The translations under genes were made by a program, and so were the position numbers. Positions 54,752 through 64,000 of a stretch of DNA of 64,000 nt are shown in pieces. Where the stretch lies: contig UQPN01000001.1 in the NCBI GenBank assembly GCA_900542935.1, positions 108,149-172,148 on the forward strand, in the 5' to 3' direction. Every line of letters starts with the position of its first letter. The first letter of the stretch is position 1. This stretch comes from an uncultured Eubacteriales bacterium (GTDB taxonomy: Bacteria; Bacillota; Clostridia; Christensenellales; Borkfalkiaceae). A model generated the notes under the pieces. The model did no database searches and was not told where the DNA came from. It was given only the letters and a program-made list of their open reading frames with translations.

Positions 54752-55087
54752 CGGCGAAAAAAATAAAAAATTTTATTAACTATGACAACCGCTGACATAT
54801 TTAATGTGCTAAAATAGAACGAACGAAGAGATTTACAGGAGAAAACTTAAATGAAAAACATTACAAAAGTGCAATCAATAGAGCCTAACATCGCCGATTT
54901 GGCTAACGGCTGGTTGAAATCATATAGATTGAATTATAAACTCGAACAGGAGTCGCTTAATTCAGAAATAGATCAGGCTCTTAACGAATACGTTTCAAAA
55001 AGCGGTGGCGTCGGAGGAAACAGACCCGATGTTAAATTGTTGTTGCAAGATAATAATCTTGTAAGTTACCCTAAAATTTTGTGAAGG

Positions 55088-55161
55088 GTTCAAATGCTGA
55101 ACTCTTATTGTTGGTAAAAGTTTTATATAAAAAATTGCCGAGTGTTCAAATGGTGAACACT
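55088..55161. promoter_or_regulatory. Pair of related palindromes GTTCA-N5-TGAAC (55088-55102) and aGTGTTCA-N5-TGAACACt (55141-55161); candidate operator sites
   Basis: Direct reading of the sequence. Confidence 0.4.
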
Positions 55162-55634
55162 CGGGAGTGATATATTCGAAATATAAGCAAGAAAATTAAA
55201 AAAGTTTTCTCGTGTCACACAATGGGGGTGTTGCGGGAATTATATAATTTTCTTGTAAAAATCTTTTTCGTTTGACAAAATGGTGGTAAAGCAAGATTGA
55301 TAAAATAAAACTAAAAAATAATTTTCCGATATATCACCCATGCTGGGATTTATCCGTGATTCCGAGTAATATTATGGGTATGCTCGTGGCGGCTTTGGAG
55401 AAGGAAATAACGAGAATTATGGAAGAAGGTAAAGCGGGATAGATAAACAATCTATATTAAAGAGCCGAAACTTAAAAACAATCAAAAACGCATATAAAAT
55501 CATTAAAAACAAAAACGTATGGCGATTGACGGTTTGCGATGAACGGTGATACAATATAAATAAAAGGAAATTCGATAAAGCAGACCGGAGTTCGGACGAA
55601 GAACATATCGGAATTAAACAAACAGGAGAAAAAG

Positions 55635-56270
55635 ATGAAAGATATAAAACTTGTAAACAAACGTATTCTGATAGACAAGTCGAAAATAATCTACGACAAA
55701 AACCTCGACGAAACGTGGCGGGACGATTGGCTCGTTATGGCGGGGGAGTGGACGTGCGAGGACGGATGCCTTATCGGCGTGGAGCGCGGAAACAAAGGCG
55801 GAGTTTTGTTCTATAAGGAAGAATTCGACGGCAAAAACGTTATGCTTACGTGCAGAATAAGTTCCGTTCTGCCCGCGACGCGCGACGTAAACGGTATTTT
55901 TTGCGCCGGATGGGACGAAAAAACCGATTATCTTTCGGACTATTATGTTTGCGGTCTGAACGGTTGGTACGACAATAAAGCGGGAATCGAGGGATGCAAA
56001 GCCGGCGTGGGCGATTTTTGCGGAATGTCCGCGACGTCTTATCGTTACGAGCCCGGAAAGGAAATAGAATTCACTTTCGGAGCGGTCGATGGGCATTGTT
56101 TTATGGTGGTGGACGACATGCTTGTCGCCGAGCATCTCGACGGGATTCTGAAACTCAGAAAAGGTCACATAGGCTTTTCGCCGTATTGCACGATACTTAA
56201 AATCCGCGATATCGTAATCCGCGAAATCGCGTACGAGAAATTCCAGCAGTCATACGACCCGGAGTTCTGA
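55635..56270 (+). CDS. Hypothetical protein (possible lectin/hydrolase-like beta-sandwich)
   Basis: Good coding potential, host-like GC; no firm motif. Confidence 0.5.
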   Translation: MKDIKLVNKRILIDKSKIIYDKNLDETWRDDWLVMAGEWTCEDGCLIGVERGNKGGVLFYKEEFDGKNVMLTCRISSVLPATRDVNGIFCAGWDEKTDYLSDYYVCGLNGWYDNKAGIEGCKAGVGDFCGMSATSYRYEPGKEIEFTFGAVDGHCFMVVDDMLVAEHLDGILKLRKGHIGFSPYCTILKIRDIVIREIAYEKFQQSYDPEF

Positions 56271-56275
56271 GACAG

Positions 56276-56827
56276 ATGAAAAAATATTTGATGAAAGACA
56301 ATCGCGACGGATCGGAAGCGGTCTACGAAACTTCGGTCGGGATATCCGAAACGGATACGGAGATAACGTTCGCGTTCGACGCGAAACATTCCGGATTTTA
56401 TTGTCCGTATCACGAATATAACGAAATTCATTCGTGCGGAGACGCGGTAGAGGTGCTTATAGGGACGGATCCCGGGCGCGGTAAATATTACGAGATCGAG
56501 GTAAGCCCGGAAAACGGGAAAATGCTCGCTCTTATGCGGTATCTCGGCACGGACGGCGAGGGCAAAGTGAAACTCGACATCGGTTTTATCGACGAAAGTA
56601 AATGTTTTTTTCGTTCGTCGGTAACAAGAACGTCGGACGGTTACGTCGCCGTTATAACGATAAACAAAGACGAGGCGGGATTAAACGGGGACGGAGTTTA
56701 CTTTAATGCGTATCGTCTCGAAACGGACGGAGGCGAGCAGGAAAAACACCTGTTCGCGCTCAATCCGACGATGTGCGGAAAGTTCCATGTTCCGTCGAAG
56801 TACGTGTATCTTAAAGATTTCGTGTAG
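56276..56827 (+). CDS. Hypothetical protein, possible carbohydrate-binding (CBM9-like) domain
   Basis: Coding potential; weak resemblance only. Confidence 0.4.
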   Translation: MKKYLMKDNRDGSEAVYETSVGISETDTEITFAFDAKHSGFYCPYHEYNEIHSCGDAVEVLIGTDPGRGKYYEIEVSPENGKMLALMRYLGTDGEGKVKLDIGFIDESKCFFRSSVTRTSDGYVAVITINKDEAGLNGDGVYFNAYRLETDGGEQEKHLFALNPTMCGKFHVPSKYVYLKDFV

Positions 56828-56867
56828 TATAAAAAGAAGGCTTCTGTCGTAAGAGCCTTCTTTTCGG

Positions 56868-57689
56868 TTAAAACACGGATACGCGGTATCTGGCTGCGTA
56901 TTGCGACGGGGTAAGCCCCGTTTTTTCTTTAAAAAACACGCAAAATCTCGAATGAGTCGCATAACCTATGCTCGTGGCGATCGATTCGTGGGAGTAAGTC
57001 GTTCCGACAAGCAGTCTTTTGGCGTAGGCAAGTCGTTTTTCCTTGAGGTAATTCGACGGCGTTACGCCGGTTTCTTTTTTGAAAACGGCGTTGAGATGAG
57101 AATACGAATAGTTGGTTTTTGCTATCAGGTCGTCGAGGTGCAGCGCAAGATTTTCGGGCTTTTCGAGCAGAGCGATAAAACTGCTTACGCCGGCAGAGTA
57201 CGTCGTTTTTCTTTGTTTGTTGTCAAGAGATAATATTATTTCGTTGACAAAAGCAAGCAAAAACATATCGCAAGTTGTGGTGTATGTTCCGTCGGCGGCG
57301 GATACGAGGTAGTGATCCGAAATTGATTTAATGTACTTTTCGTCCGTCTTGGATAAGCAAATTTCGATATAGTCGAGCGAGAGCAAATCGGATAGCGAGC
57401 CTGCGGCGAGAAGGTTAAAAAGCATTAAAAAATATTCTTCTTTCACACAGAAAGTTATATAGGTGGAGCGTTTCGTGTTTTCGCGCGTGCAGTGCGTGTC
57501 GTCCGGTCGGAGAACGCAAAGAGTCCCGGCTTTTATAACGCGTAACTCTCCGTTGATTTCATGCGTGTATTCGCCCGAAGTGACGTATATAAACTCCCAG
57601 TATCCGTCGTGACTGTGCAAAATCGGATAATCGCCCGTTCTGAAATAGAAATACGCCTCGCTGTCGGACGGCATTTGCAGTTTTGTCAT
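56868..57689 (-). CDS. AraC-family transcriptional regulator (cupin sensor plus HTH_18)
   Basis: C-terminal HTH SIATSIGYATHSRFCVFFKEKTGLTPSQY; N-terminal cupin. Confidence 0.9.
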   Translation of the reverse strand: MTKLQMPSDSEAYFYFRTGDYPILHSHDGYWEFIYVTSGEYTHEINGELRVIKAGTLCVLRPDDTHCTRENTKRSTYITFCVKEEYFLMLFNLLAAGSLSDLLSLDYIEICLSKTDEKYIKSISDHYLVSAADGTYTTTCDMFLLAFVNEIILSLDNKQRKTTYSAGVSSFIALLEKPENLALHLDDLIAKTNYSYSHLNAVFKKETGVTPSNYLKEKRLAYAKRLLVGTTYSHESIATSIGYATHSRFCVFFKEKTGLTPSQYAARYRVSVF

Positions 57690-57915
57690 GGTACACCCCC
57701 GTACACCGATATTTTATCACTTTCTTCGGGGTTTGTCAATTGCGATTGACGAACGAAGAAAATATTTTCGCACGGAACGTCGAAATAAGCAAAAAAAGAA
57801 ATAAAGCAAGTAAAAAAAGTATTGAAACGAAACAGTCAAAAGGTTATAATAAAGAAGGTAACAGTCGGAAAGTTTGCTTTTCGCAATTTAAAATTTTACT
57901 TACGGAGCGAAAATT

Positions 57916-59607
57916 ATGAGAAAATCGTTTTTTAAAAAACTTGTAAGCGCGATACTTGCTTTTTCCGTTATCGTGTCGGTTTGCGCGTGCGGGAAAGACT
58001 CCGGCGGCGGCAACAACAAGAAAAAGTACGACCCGAACAAAACGCAGATTCAGGTATTTGTATATCTTGCCGGATACGGCGACGACTGGCTTTACAGTCT
58101 CGAAAACGCGTTTGAGAAAAAATACGCGGATCGCAGTTTCGAGGACGGTAAAACGGGCGTTCAGGTATGGCATACCGGCGACATGAAAGATTTCAACGCT
58201 ACGGAAATACAGCAGAGCAAATACGATATCTTCTTCCTCGAAAACGGACAGTACTATTCGCTTCTCGGCGATACGCTCGAGGATCTTACGTCCATAGTTA
58301 CCGGCACGAACACCGACGGCAAGACGATTCTTTCCAAACTCGACGATCAGCAGGTCGATTATTTCGGCGTAATGCAGGACGGCGAACGCCACTTTTACGC
58401 GTTACCGTCCGACGTGGGCGATTACGGACTTATCTATAACGTAGATCTGTTCGAAAGCAAGGGATACTACATAGCCGACGATAAGTCCGGCGGTTTTGTT
58501 ATCGGCGACGATAAATCCGCTCGCAAAAGCGCGGGACCAGACGGCGAATACGACACCGACGACGACGGGTTGCCCGCAACGTACGACGAGTTTTACGAAC
58601 TTTGCGACGAAATCAAAAACGGAAACGATATTCCGCTTTGCTGGCCCGGAAAATATAAGGAGCAACATCTCGGCGGATTGATGAATAACCTTATCTCAAA
58701 TTACGAGGGCGTCGAGCAGATGCGTATCAACTACGATTTTGCCGGAACGGCAAACGACCTCGTCGTGCTGGACGGCGAAGGGAAGATTATGTATAACGCA
58801 GACGGGTCTGTGAAAACCGAGTCTAAAAAAATTACTACGACTAACGGATACGACGTTGCGCGTCAGGTCGGCAAACTTTACGGAATGGAGTTTATAGACG
58901 AAATAATGAAAGCCGACAACGGATACTACTATAAGGATTCGTTTACCGATTCGTACTCGCATACCGACAATCAGGAAATGTTCCTTATGAACGGTACGGA
59001 ATTCAGCAACGAGAGCAAAACCATAGCAATGCTTGTGGACGGCGTGTGGTGGCAGGAAGAGTCGAAAGACGTGTTCGAATCGATGGCGTCCAACGACGAA
59101 AAATACTCGGCGAAGAACCGTAAATTCGGCTGGATGCCGCTTCCCAAGGCAAACGAAGAAAAGATCGGGAGCGAAAACGTTTATACCGATTTCGTCGACG
59201 CGCTGATGTGTCTTAAAAAGGGAGCGGGGACGAGAAAAGAAGCCGCGCTCGAGTTTATAAAATTTGCGAGCACGGACGAAATGCTCGTCGATTACACCAA
59301 AATTACCGGAGCGGTAAGAGCATACAAATACGATATTCCCGATTCGGCGTTGAGCGATCTTACGCCCTTTGCGAAAAGCATGGTGAATTACGCGAAAAAA
59401 GCGAAGAAGGTATACAAATTCTCGTCGAGTCAGTTCTACAACGACAACATAGGCGCGTTTGACGACGACGCTCTGTACTCGGTATACGACGATAACGGAA
59501 ATATCCGCAAAAACGTCGTGTCCGGAATAAGAGAGGGCAAACTTACGGGCGAACGCTTCTTCGAGAAAAATTTCGCGTACTTCAAAAACCACAGTTTCTG
59601 GAGATAA
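57916..59607 (+). CDS. ABC transporter extracellular solute-binding lipoprotein (carbohydrate)
   Basis: Lipoprotein signal MRKSFFKKLVSAILAFSVIVSVCACGKDSGG; family-1 SBP size and composition; precedes two permease genes. Confidence 0.8.
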   Translation: MRKSFFKKLVSAILAFSVIVSVCACGKDSGGGNNKKKYDPNKTQIQVFVYLAGYGDDWLYSLENAFEKKYADRSFEDGKTGVQVWHTGDMKDFNATEIQQSKYDIFFLENGQYYSLLGDTLEDLTSIVTGTNTDGKTILSKLDDQQVDYFGVMQDGERHFYALPSDVGDYGLIYNVDLFESKGYYIADDKSGGFVIGDDKSARKSAGPDGEYDTDDDGLPATYDEFYELCDEIKNGNDIPLCWPGKYKEQHLGGLMNNLISNYEGVEQMRINYDFAGTANDLVVLDGEGKIMYNADGSVKTESKKITTTNGYDVARQVGKLYGMEFIDEIMKADNGYYYKDSFTDSYSHTDNQEMFLMNGTEFSNESKTIAMLVDGVWWQEESKDVFESMASNDEKYSAKNRKFGWMPLPKANEEKIGSENVYTDFVDALMCLKKGAGTRKEAALEFIKFASTDEMLVDYTKITGAVRAYKYDIPDSALSDLTPFAKSMVNYAKKAKKVYKFSSSQFYNDNIGAFDDDALYSVYDDNGNIRKNVVSGIREGKLTGERFFEKNFAYFKNHSFWR

Positions 59608-59669
59608 TCGGTTTACTCCGATGTCGTTCCGGACACAACGGGGTTTTCCGACGATCTGACGAAAGGAAA

Positions 59670-60599
59670 ATGGAAATGCATAAATTTAAACTAAAATCGT
59701 TCAGAAGCGCGCGGAGCATGTGGTTTTACATAGGCTTTATGGCGTTGCCGATGTTACAGTTCGTTATATTTTACATAGGCGTAAACGTAAATTCGGTTCT
59801 TCTCGCATTCAAAGACATTACGTTTACCAACGGCGCGTATTCGTTCGGCTGGACGTTTTCTAACTTTACGAAATGGTTTACGGACGTAAACGAGTTTGCG
59901 TTGATGAAGCAAACGTTACTCGTCTCGGTCAAATCGTATTTTATAAACCTGTGTTTCGGCGTGCCGCTCGGATTGTTTTTCGCGTATTACATATTCAAAA
60001 AATTACCCGGCGCGATGTTTTTCAGATTTATGCTGTTTTTGCCTTCGATAATATCCAGCATAGTCCTCGTAACCGTGTATATGTGTTTTACCGATTACGT
60101 AGTTCCTGAACTTCTCGATAAGATCTTCAGAGTAACGATGGAGACGTCGCTTCTTTCCGGAAAAACGCGGTACGCAACCGTTATGTTCTACAATCTGTTC
60201 GTAAGTTTCGGGACTACCGTCCTTCTGTATTCAAACAAGATGTCGAGCATATCTCCCGAAGTCATCGAAGCCGCTCAACTCGACGGAGCGAATTCGGTTC
60301 AGGAATTTTTCCGTATCGTTTTGCCGCAAACGTATCCCACGCTGTCGGTGTTTCTCATCTCGGGAGTAGCGGGGATATTCATCAACGAAATAAATAACTT
60401 CGCTTTTTTCAAGTATAGTTGGAAATCGGATACGGCGACGCTCGGGTTTTTGATGTATTTCAGAACGCAGAAAGCGAAAGCGGATATAGTTCAGTATCCT
60501 CCGCTTGCCGCGCTCGGAATTATAATGTCGGCGATTGCCATTCCGCTTACGTTCGCGGTAAAGAAACTTCTGGCTAAAGTCGGACCGAGCGAAGATTGA
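59670..60599 (+). CDS. Sugar ABC transporter permease (MalF-like)
   Basis: Six predicted TM segments; EAA-like loop AAQLDGANSVQEFFRIVLPQT. Confidence 0.85.
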   Translation: MEMHKFKLKSFRSARSMWFYIGFMALPMLQFVIFYIGVNVNSVLLAFKDITFTNGAYSFGWTFSNFTKWFTDVNEFALMKQTLLVSVKSYFINLCFGVPLGLFFAYYIFKKLPGAMFFRFMLFLPSIISSIVLVTVYMCFTDYVVPELLDKIFRVTMETSLLSGKTRYATVMFYNLFVSFGTTVLLYSNKMSSISPEVIEAAQLDGANSVQEFFRIVLPQTYPTLSVFLISGVAGIFINEINNFAFFKYSWKSDTATLGFLMYFRTQKAKADIVQYPPLAALGIIMSAIAIPLTFAVKKLLAKVGPSED

Positions 60600-60615
60600 C
60601 GGAGGGCAGCGAATT

Positions 60616-61503
60616 ATGTTAAGCAAAAAGATAAAAGGCGAAGATCGCAAAAGCAGGTTGTCGCCACTTACCGTCGTTATGCTCGTGCTACTCGTCGCTT
60701 ATTGCGTGATGCTTCTCGGACTGATTTTCTGGATGACTATAACCGCGCTTAAAAAGCCGCTCGGTTTCAATACGAACAGAGTAGGATTGCCCGATCCGTG
60801 GTATTTCAAAAACTTCGGATACGTTCTCAAAAACGCGCAGATCGAAAAAGAGCAGGGAGTGGTGCCGTTTGCCGAAATAATCCTTAATTCGGTTGTATAC
60901 GCCGTAGGTTGCGCGGTAGTCAATACTTTTGTTACGATGCTTGTCGCGTATCTTTGCGCGCATTACAAAAATAAATTTTCGTCGTTTGTGTATTCGCTCG
61001 TTCTTGTGGTTATGGTGATTCCGGTCGTAGGCAACCAGACATCCGAACTTCAGACGGCGATCAACCTCGGCATTTACGATTCGATGCTCGGAATGCTGAT
61101 CATGAGGGCTACGTTTCTGGGTCTTTATTTTCTCGTGTTTCACGAAATGTTCAGATCCGTTCCGTCTACGCTCAGCGAAGCCGCAGAGATAGACGGCGCG
61201 GGAGATTTCCTGATAATGGTCCGGATTTATTTCCCGTTGGCGCGCAATACCGCGCTTACCGTATTGCTTATTTACTTTATACAGTATTGGAACAATTTTC
61301 AGACGCCGATGCTGTTCGTGCCCAATCATCCGACGCTTGCCGAGTACCTTTTCCGCATAGTTCAGTTGTCGAAAGGAGAGTTCAGCCGCGTTCCGGTTCA
61401 GATGTCGGCTGCGCTTATGCTGCTTGCTCCGGTAGCGGTGATATTCCTTTGTTCGCATAAATGGTTGCTCGGCAACCTGTCGATAGGCGGCGTAAAAGGA
61501 TAA
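60616..61503 (+). CDS. Sugar ABC transporter permease (MalG-like)
   Basis: EAA motif EAAEIDGAGDFLIMVRIYFPLARN; TM helices. Confidence 0.85.
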   Translation: MLSKKIKGEDRKSRLSPLTVVMLVLLVAYCVMLLGLIFWMTITALKKPLGFNTNRVGLPDPWYFKNFGYVLKNAQIEKEQGVVPFAEIILNSVVYAVGCAVVNTFVTMLVAYLCAHYKNKFSSFVYSLVLVVMVIPVVGNQTSELQTAINLGIYDSMLGMLIMRATFLGLYFLVFHEMFRSVPSTLSEAAEIDGAGDFLIMVRIYFPLARNTALTVLLIYFIQYWNNFQTPMLFVPNHPTLAEYLFRIVQLSKGEFSRVPVQMSAALMLLAPVAVIFLCSHKWLLGNLSIGGVKG

Positions 61504-61563
61504 AGACTAATATCGGCGTAATAGCCGTCGGACAAACGATTTCTTCGCGAATAAGGAGAGAAA

Positions 61564-64000
61564 ATGAGAAGAAAAAACAAAATAGTTGTGATTTTATCCT
61601 CAATAGCGGTTGCGATCGGCATTGTTGCCGGCGCAGGTGCTTTGTCCGCCCGCGCAAATGCCGAAACGTGGAGCGTCGCGGATTTTGCCGCCGGATATGT
61701 TTACGGCGAAACCGTCGATATTCCGGACAGAACGGTTTCGATCGGAGAAAACTCGACGATCGCGCTATCTACGATAACTTATCCGAGCGGAAAGGTTACG
61801 CGCGAAAAACGCGTGCGGCTCGGCGAAGCGGGCAACTGGACGGTAAGATATTACGCCGAACTTGACGGTAAACATTACGCGAAAAACGAAACGTTTCTCG
61901 TCGAAGGGCGCGGTTATAACGTAAAGAGTAAAAACAGTTCCGTCGAATGGTCGGATTATACCGATCTCGGAATCACCTCGACGGGCCTTCTGGTAAGACT
62001 TGCCAATAAAGACTCGCTTACCTTTACGGGACTTATCGACGTCGGCGACCTTTCGGCTTCGGCTCCGTTCGTCAGCGGGTTCATTACTCCCGATCAACGC
62101 GGCGTCCACGATTTCAACAAACTTACTTTTACGCTCACCGACGCGACAGACGATTCCGTTTACGTAAAGTTCGACATAAACCGCAGTCAATTCGGCACGT
62201 CGGGATATAACTACGGCTGGGTGTCCGCGGGCGGTAACGGTCAGGATATGGTCGGAATCGAGGGCAGCAAACTGCACGTAAACGATAACGTAGGTACGGA
62301 TATATCGCTTACTTTCAACGGTCTCAGAAATATCAGCGGTTGGGGAGGAGCGACGGAGCCGGTGGCGGTAAACGCTACGCCGTTTACGCTTGCCTTCGAC
62401 TCTTCCGCGAAACAAGTATACGCACAGCAAAAACTCGTATCCGATCTCGATTCGTCCAAATTCTATTCGGACTTGTGGAGCGGATTCAGAAGCGGTAAAG
62501 TCCGGCTGTCGGTAAGCGCGAGCGGGTATTCGAGCGCAACCGCAAACTTTTGTATTTTGTCGGTTGCCGGCACGAGCGCGGCGGATCTTAAAAACAATTA
62601 TTTTGCCGACTCCGAAAAGCCGGAAATAACGATCGAAACCGATTACGAAACCATGCCCGACGCCGAAGCGGGAACTCCGTATCCGATTCCGGAAGCCTCC
62701 GCTTACGATTATTATTCGGGAGCGACGGAAGTCGTGACGAATGTATTTTACGATTATTATTCCGAAAATCCGGCATCGATCGGCGTGCGCGACGGGAAAT
62801 TTATCCCTGAAAAACCGGGAGTTTACGCAATAGAGTACGCCGCGATCGACGGATACAAAAACCGGGCAAATAAGGTTTTGTTTGTTCGGGCGAGAGCCGG
62901 GATAGCCGATCTTACCATAAATCTGCCCGACGAAATAACTTCGGCGCAACTCGGTAAATTCGTTCCCGCCCACCTTCCCGAAGTAAGCGGCGGCAGCGGC
63001 AGGATCGACATCGAGACCGCGGTGATTTTCGGCAACAAACGCACGGTCGTAAACGGCGGTTTTACGCCCGAGAACAGCGGCGAATATACCGTCGAGTTCG
63101 TCGCTACCGACTATATCGGAAAAAGAGCGACCGCTTCGTATAAGGTTATCGCAACGCCGGGCGATAAACCGCTGCTCGATACCGACCCCGTACTTATGCG
63201 CGTGTATCTGTCCGGCAGCGAGTACGTTCTTCCGGTCGCGTACGCTTCGGATTACTCTGGCGGAAGCAAAGTCGGAGTTCTTTGCGACGTTAAGGTTAAA
63301 GATTCGGCAGGCGAAAAAACTTATAAGGCGGGCGACAGATTCACTCCTTCGGTTGCCGCAAACGGCGACGAAATCGAAATTTCGTACGTTGCGAAGGGCG
63401 TTGAACTTTATAGGGTTGCCGTTCCGACCATAATCGCGCGAGACGGCAAAAAAGTGTTTATGTCGAATTATCTTTACGGCAAAACCGTAAACGTCGACGT
63501 CAGAGACGCGGAGGGCGAGGCTCCGTATAAAAACGGGTTGTCAGTTGCTCCCTGCGCCGGCACGGACGTAGCCGGCTGGACGTTTGCAAATCCCGTTCTC
63601 GCCGAAGGCGCGGCGGTAGACGTAAGGACGATTTCCGGAAAGACGAATTTCGACGGCTTCGTATTTTCGCTCGTTGATCCCGAAAATCCGACCGTTGCCG
63701 TGTCGCTGAAAGTCGCGATAAACAGTCGCAGACTCGGAATCGAACACGCCGGCAACGAATACGAACTCGACGTTTCGATCAAGTCGGATTCCAACGTTCG
63801 CTTTGCGTACGCCGGCGGAAAATTTTCCGTTACGGCAAACGAAAAAACGCTTTCCGTTCCAGTTGTATATACGGATGACGGCGAGCAATTCGACGGGTTC
63901 CCGACGCATAAAGCGTTTATGGGACTTTCGACGACCGGGAACGCGGACGGCGCGAAGTATATGGTTATGAACGTTTGCGACAACGCGCTTTCGTTTCGCA
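61564..64000 (+). CDS. Large secreted protein (signal peptide; probable glycoside hydrolase or surface protein), 5' part; continues beyond the window
   Basis: ATG at 61564 with RBS aaggagag; signal MRRKNKIVVILSSIAVAIGIVAGAGALSARA; open frame to the end of the window; long antisense ORFs (61765-62973, 63474-63983) are typical shadows. Confidence 0.55.
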   Translation, partial: MRRKNKIVVILSSIAVAIGIVAGAGALSARANAETWSVADFAAGYVYGETVDIPDRTVSIGENSTIALSTITYPSGKVTREKRVRLGEAGNWTVRYYAELDGKHYAKNETFLVEGRGYNVKSKNSSVEWSDYTDLGITSTGLLVRLANKDSLTFTGLIDVGDLSASAPFVSGFITPDQRGVHDFNKLTFTLTDATDDSVYVKFDINRSQFGTSGYNYGWVSAGGNGQDMVGIEGSKLHVNDNVGTDISLTFNGLRNISGWGGATEPVAVNATPFTLAFDSSAKQVYAQQKLVSDLDSSKFYSDLWSGFRSGKVRLSVSASGYSSATANFCILSVAGTSAADLKNNYFADSEKPEITIETDYETMPDAEAGTPYPIPEASAYDYYSGATEVVTNVFYDYYSENPASIGVRDGKFIPEKPGVYAIEYAAIDGYKNRANKVLFVRARAGIADLTINLPDEITSAQLGKFVPAHLPEVSGGSGRIDIETAVIFGNKRTVVNGGFTPENSGEYTVEFVATDYIGKRATASYKVIATPGDKPLLDTDPVLMRVYLSGSEYVLPVAYASDYSGGSKVGVLCDVKVKDSAGEKTYKAGDRFTPSVAANGDEIEISYVAKGVELYRVAVPTIIARDGKKVFMSNYLYGKTVNVDVRDAEGEAPYKNGLSVAPCAGTDVAGWTFANPVLAEGAAVDVRTISGKTNFDGFVFSLVDPENPTVAVSLKVAINSRRLGIEHAGNEYELDVSIKSDSNVRFAYAGGKFSVTANEKTLSVPVVYTDDGEQFDGFPTHKAFMGLSTTGNADGAKYMVMNVCDNALSFR

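Larger units (their letters stand above)
9275..55600. other. Mosaic accessory island (defence genes and mobile-element remnants) between ppdK and the sugar-utilisation locus; boundaries approximate
   Basis: Sharp drop to about 30% GC in many genes; IS fragments, recombinases and relaxases; multiple defence-type domain architectures; core-like genes resume near 55.6 kb. Confidence 0.6.

Noticed and set aside
58696-59592. Minus-strand ORF in the solute-binding-protein gene
   Set aside because: Antisense shadow of the solute-binding-protein gene.
61765-62973. Minus-strand ORF in the secreted-protein gene
   Set aside because: Antisense shadow of the partial secreted-protein gene.
1-64000. tRNA/tmRNA genes or att sites flanking the island
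   Set aside because: Visual scan found no cloverleaf-like GC-rich roughly 75-nt segments or direct repeats matching a tRNA 3' end; none supportable without tools.

Overview
The window is a Firmicutes/Clostridia-like chromosomal segment with core housekeeping genes at both ends and a roughly 46 kb mosaic accessory island between them.

Core regions (about 45-55% GC):
- ybeY (partial), era, a yqzL-like small ORF and recO at 1..2425.
- A lysine/alanine-rich protein with a C-terminal Mrr-type nuclease domain, a BspA-type LRR lipoprotein, and pyruvate phosphate dikinase (ppdK).
- An AraC regulator, a sugar ABC transporter (binding protein plus two permeases) and a partial large secreted protein at the far end.

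Accessory island (about 9.3..55.6 kb), inserted after the ppdK terminator, with alternating roughly 30% GC and 45% GC modules:
- Two degenerate IS21-family IstA N-terminal fragments.
- An XRE regulator and a DUF2075 nuclease-NTPase, with a frameshifted pseudogene paralogue further downstream.
- A SIR2-APAZ-pAgo fusion (short prokaryotic Argonaute, SPARSA-like), tightly followed by a sigma-r4-like HTH protein, a mini RNase III-domain protein and an Upf1-like SF1 helicase fused to a DUF559/Vsr-like endonuclease.
- A Bro-N domain protein and an IS110-family insertion sequence.
- Two related Tn4451-like mobilisable-element remnants (HUH relaxases, TnpV-like paralogues, large serine recombinases, one intact and one truncated).
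- AbiL-like (RloA/RloB) and AbiE (AbiEi/AbiEii) abortive-infection pairs.
- A five-gene putative defence operon: MazG-like NTP pyrophosphatase, DUF559-SF2 helicase, a 1287 aa Nudix-HNH-like giant protein, an SF2 helicase with a C-terminal PD-(D/E)xK motif, and an unknown 577 aa protein.
- An 849 aa protein carrying the double-psi beta-barrel catalytic signature of multisubunit-RNAP beta-prime and YonO/RdRP-like enzymes, placed next to a mobC/relaxase/oriT-like module.
- An AlbA_2 (Schlafen-like) protein.

No CRISPR array, tRNA or methyltransferase was found.
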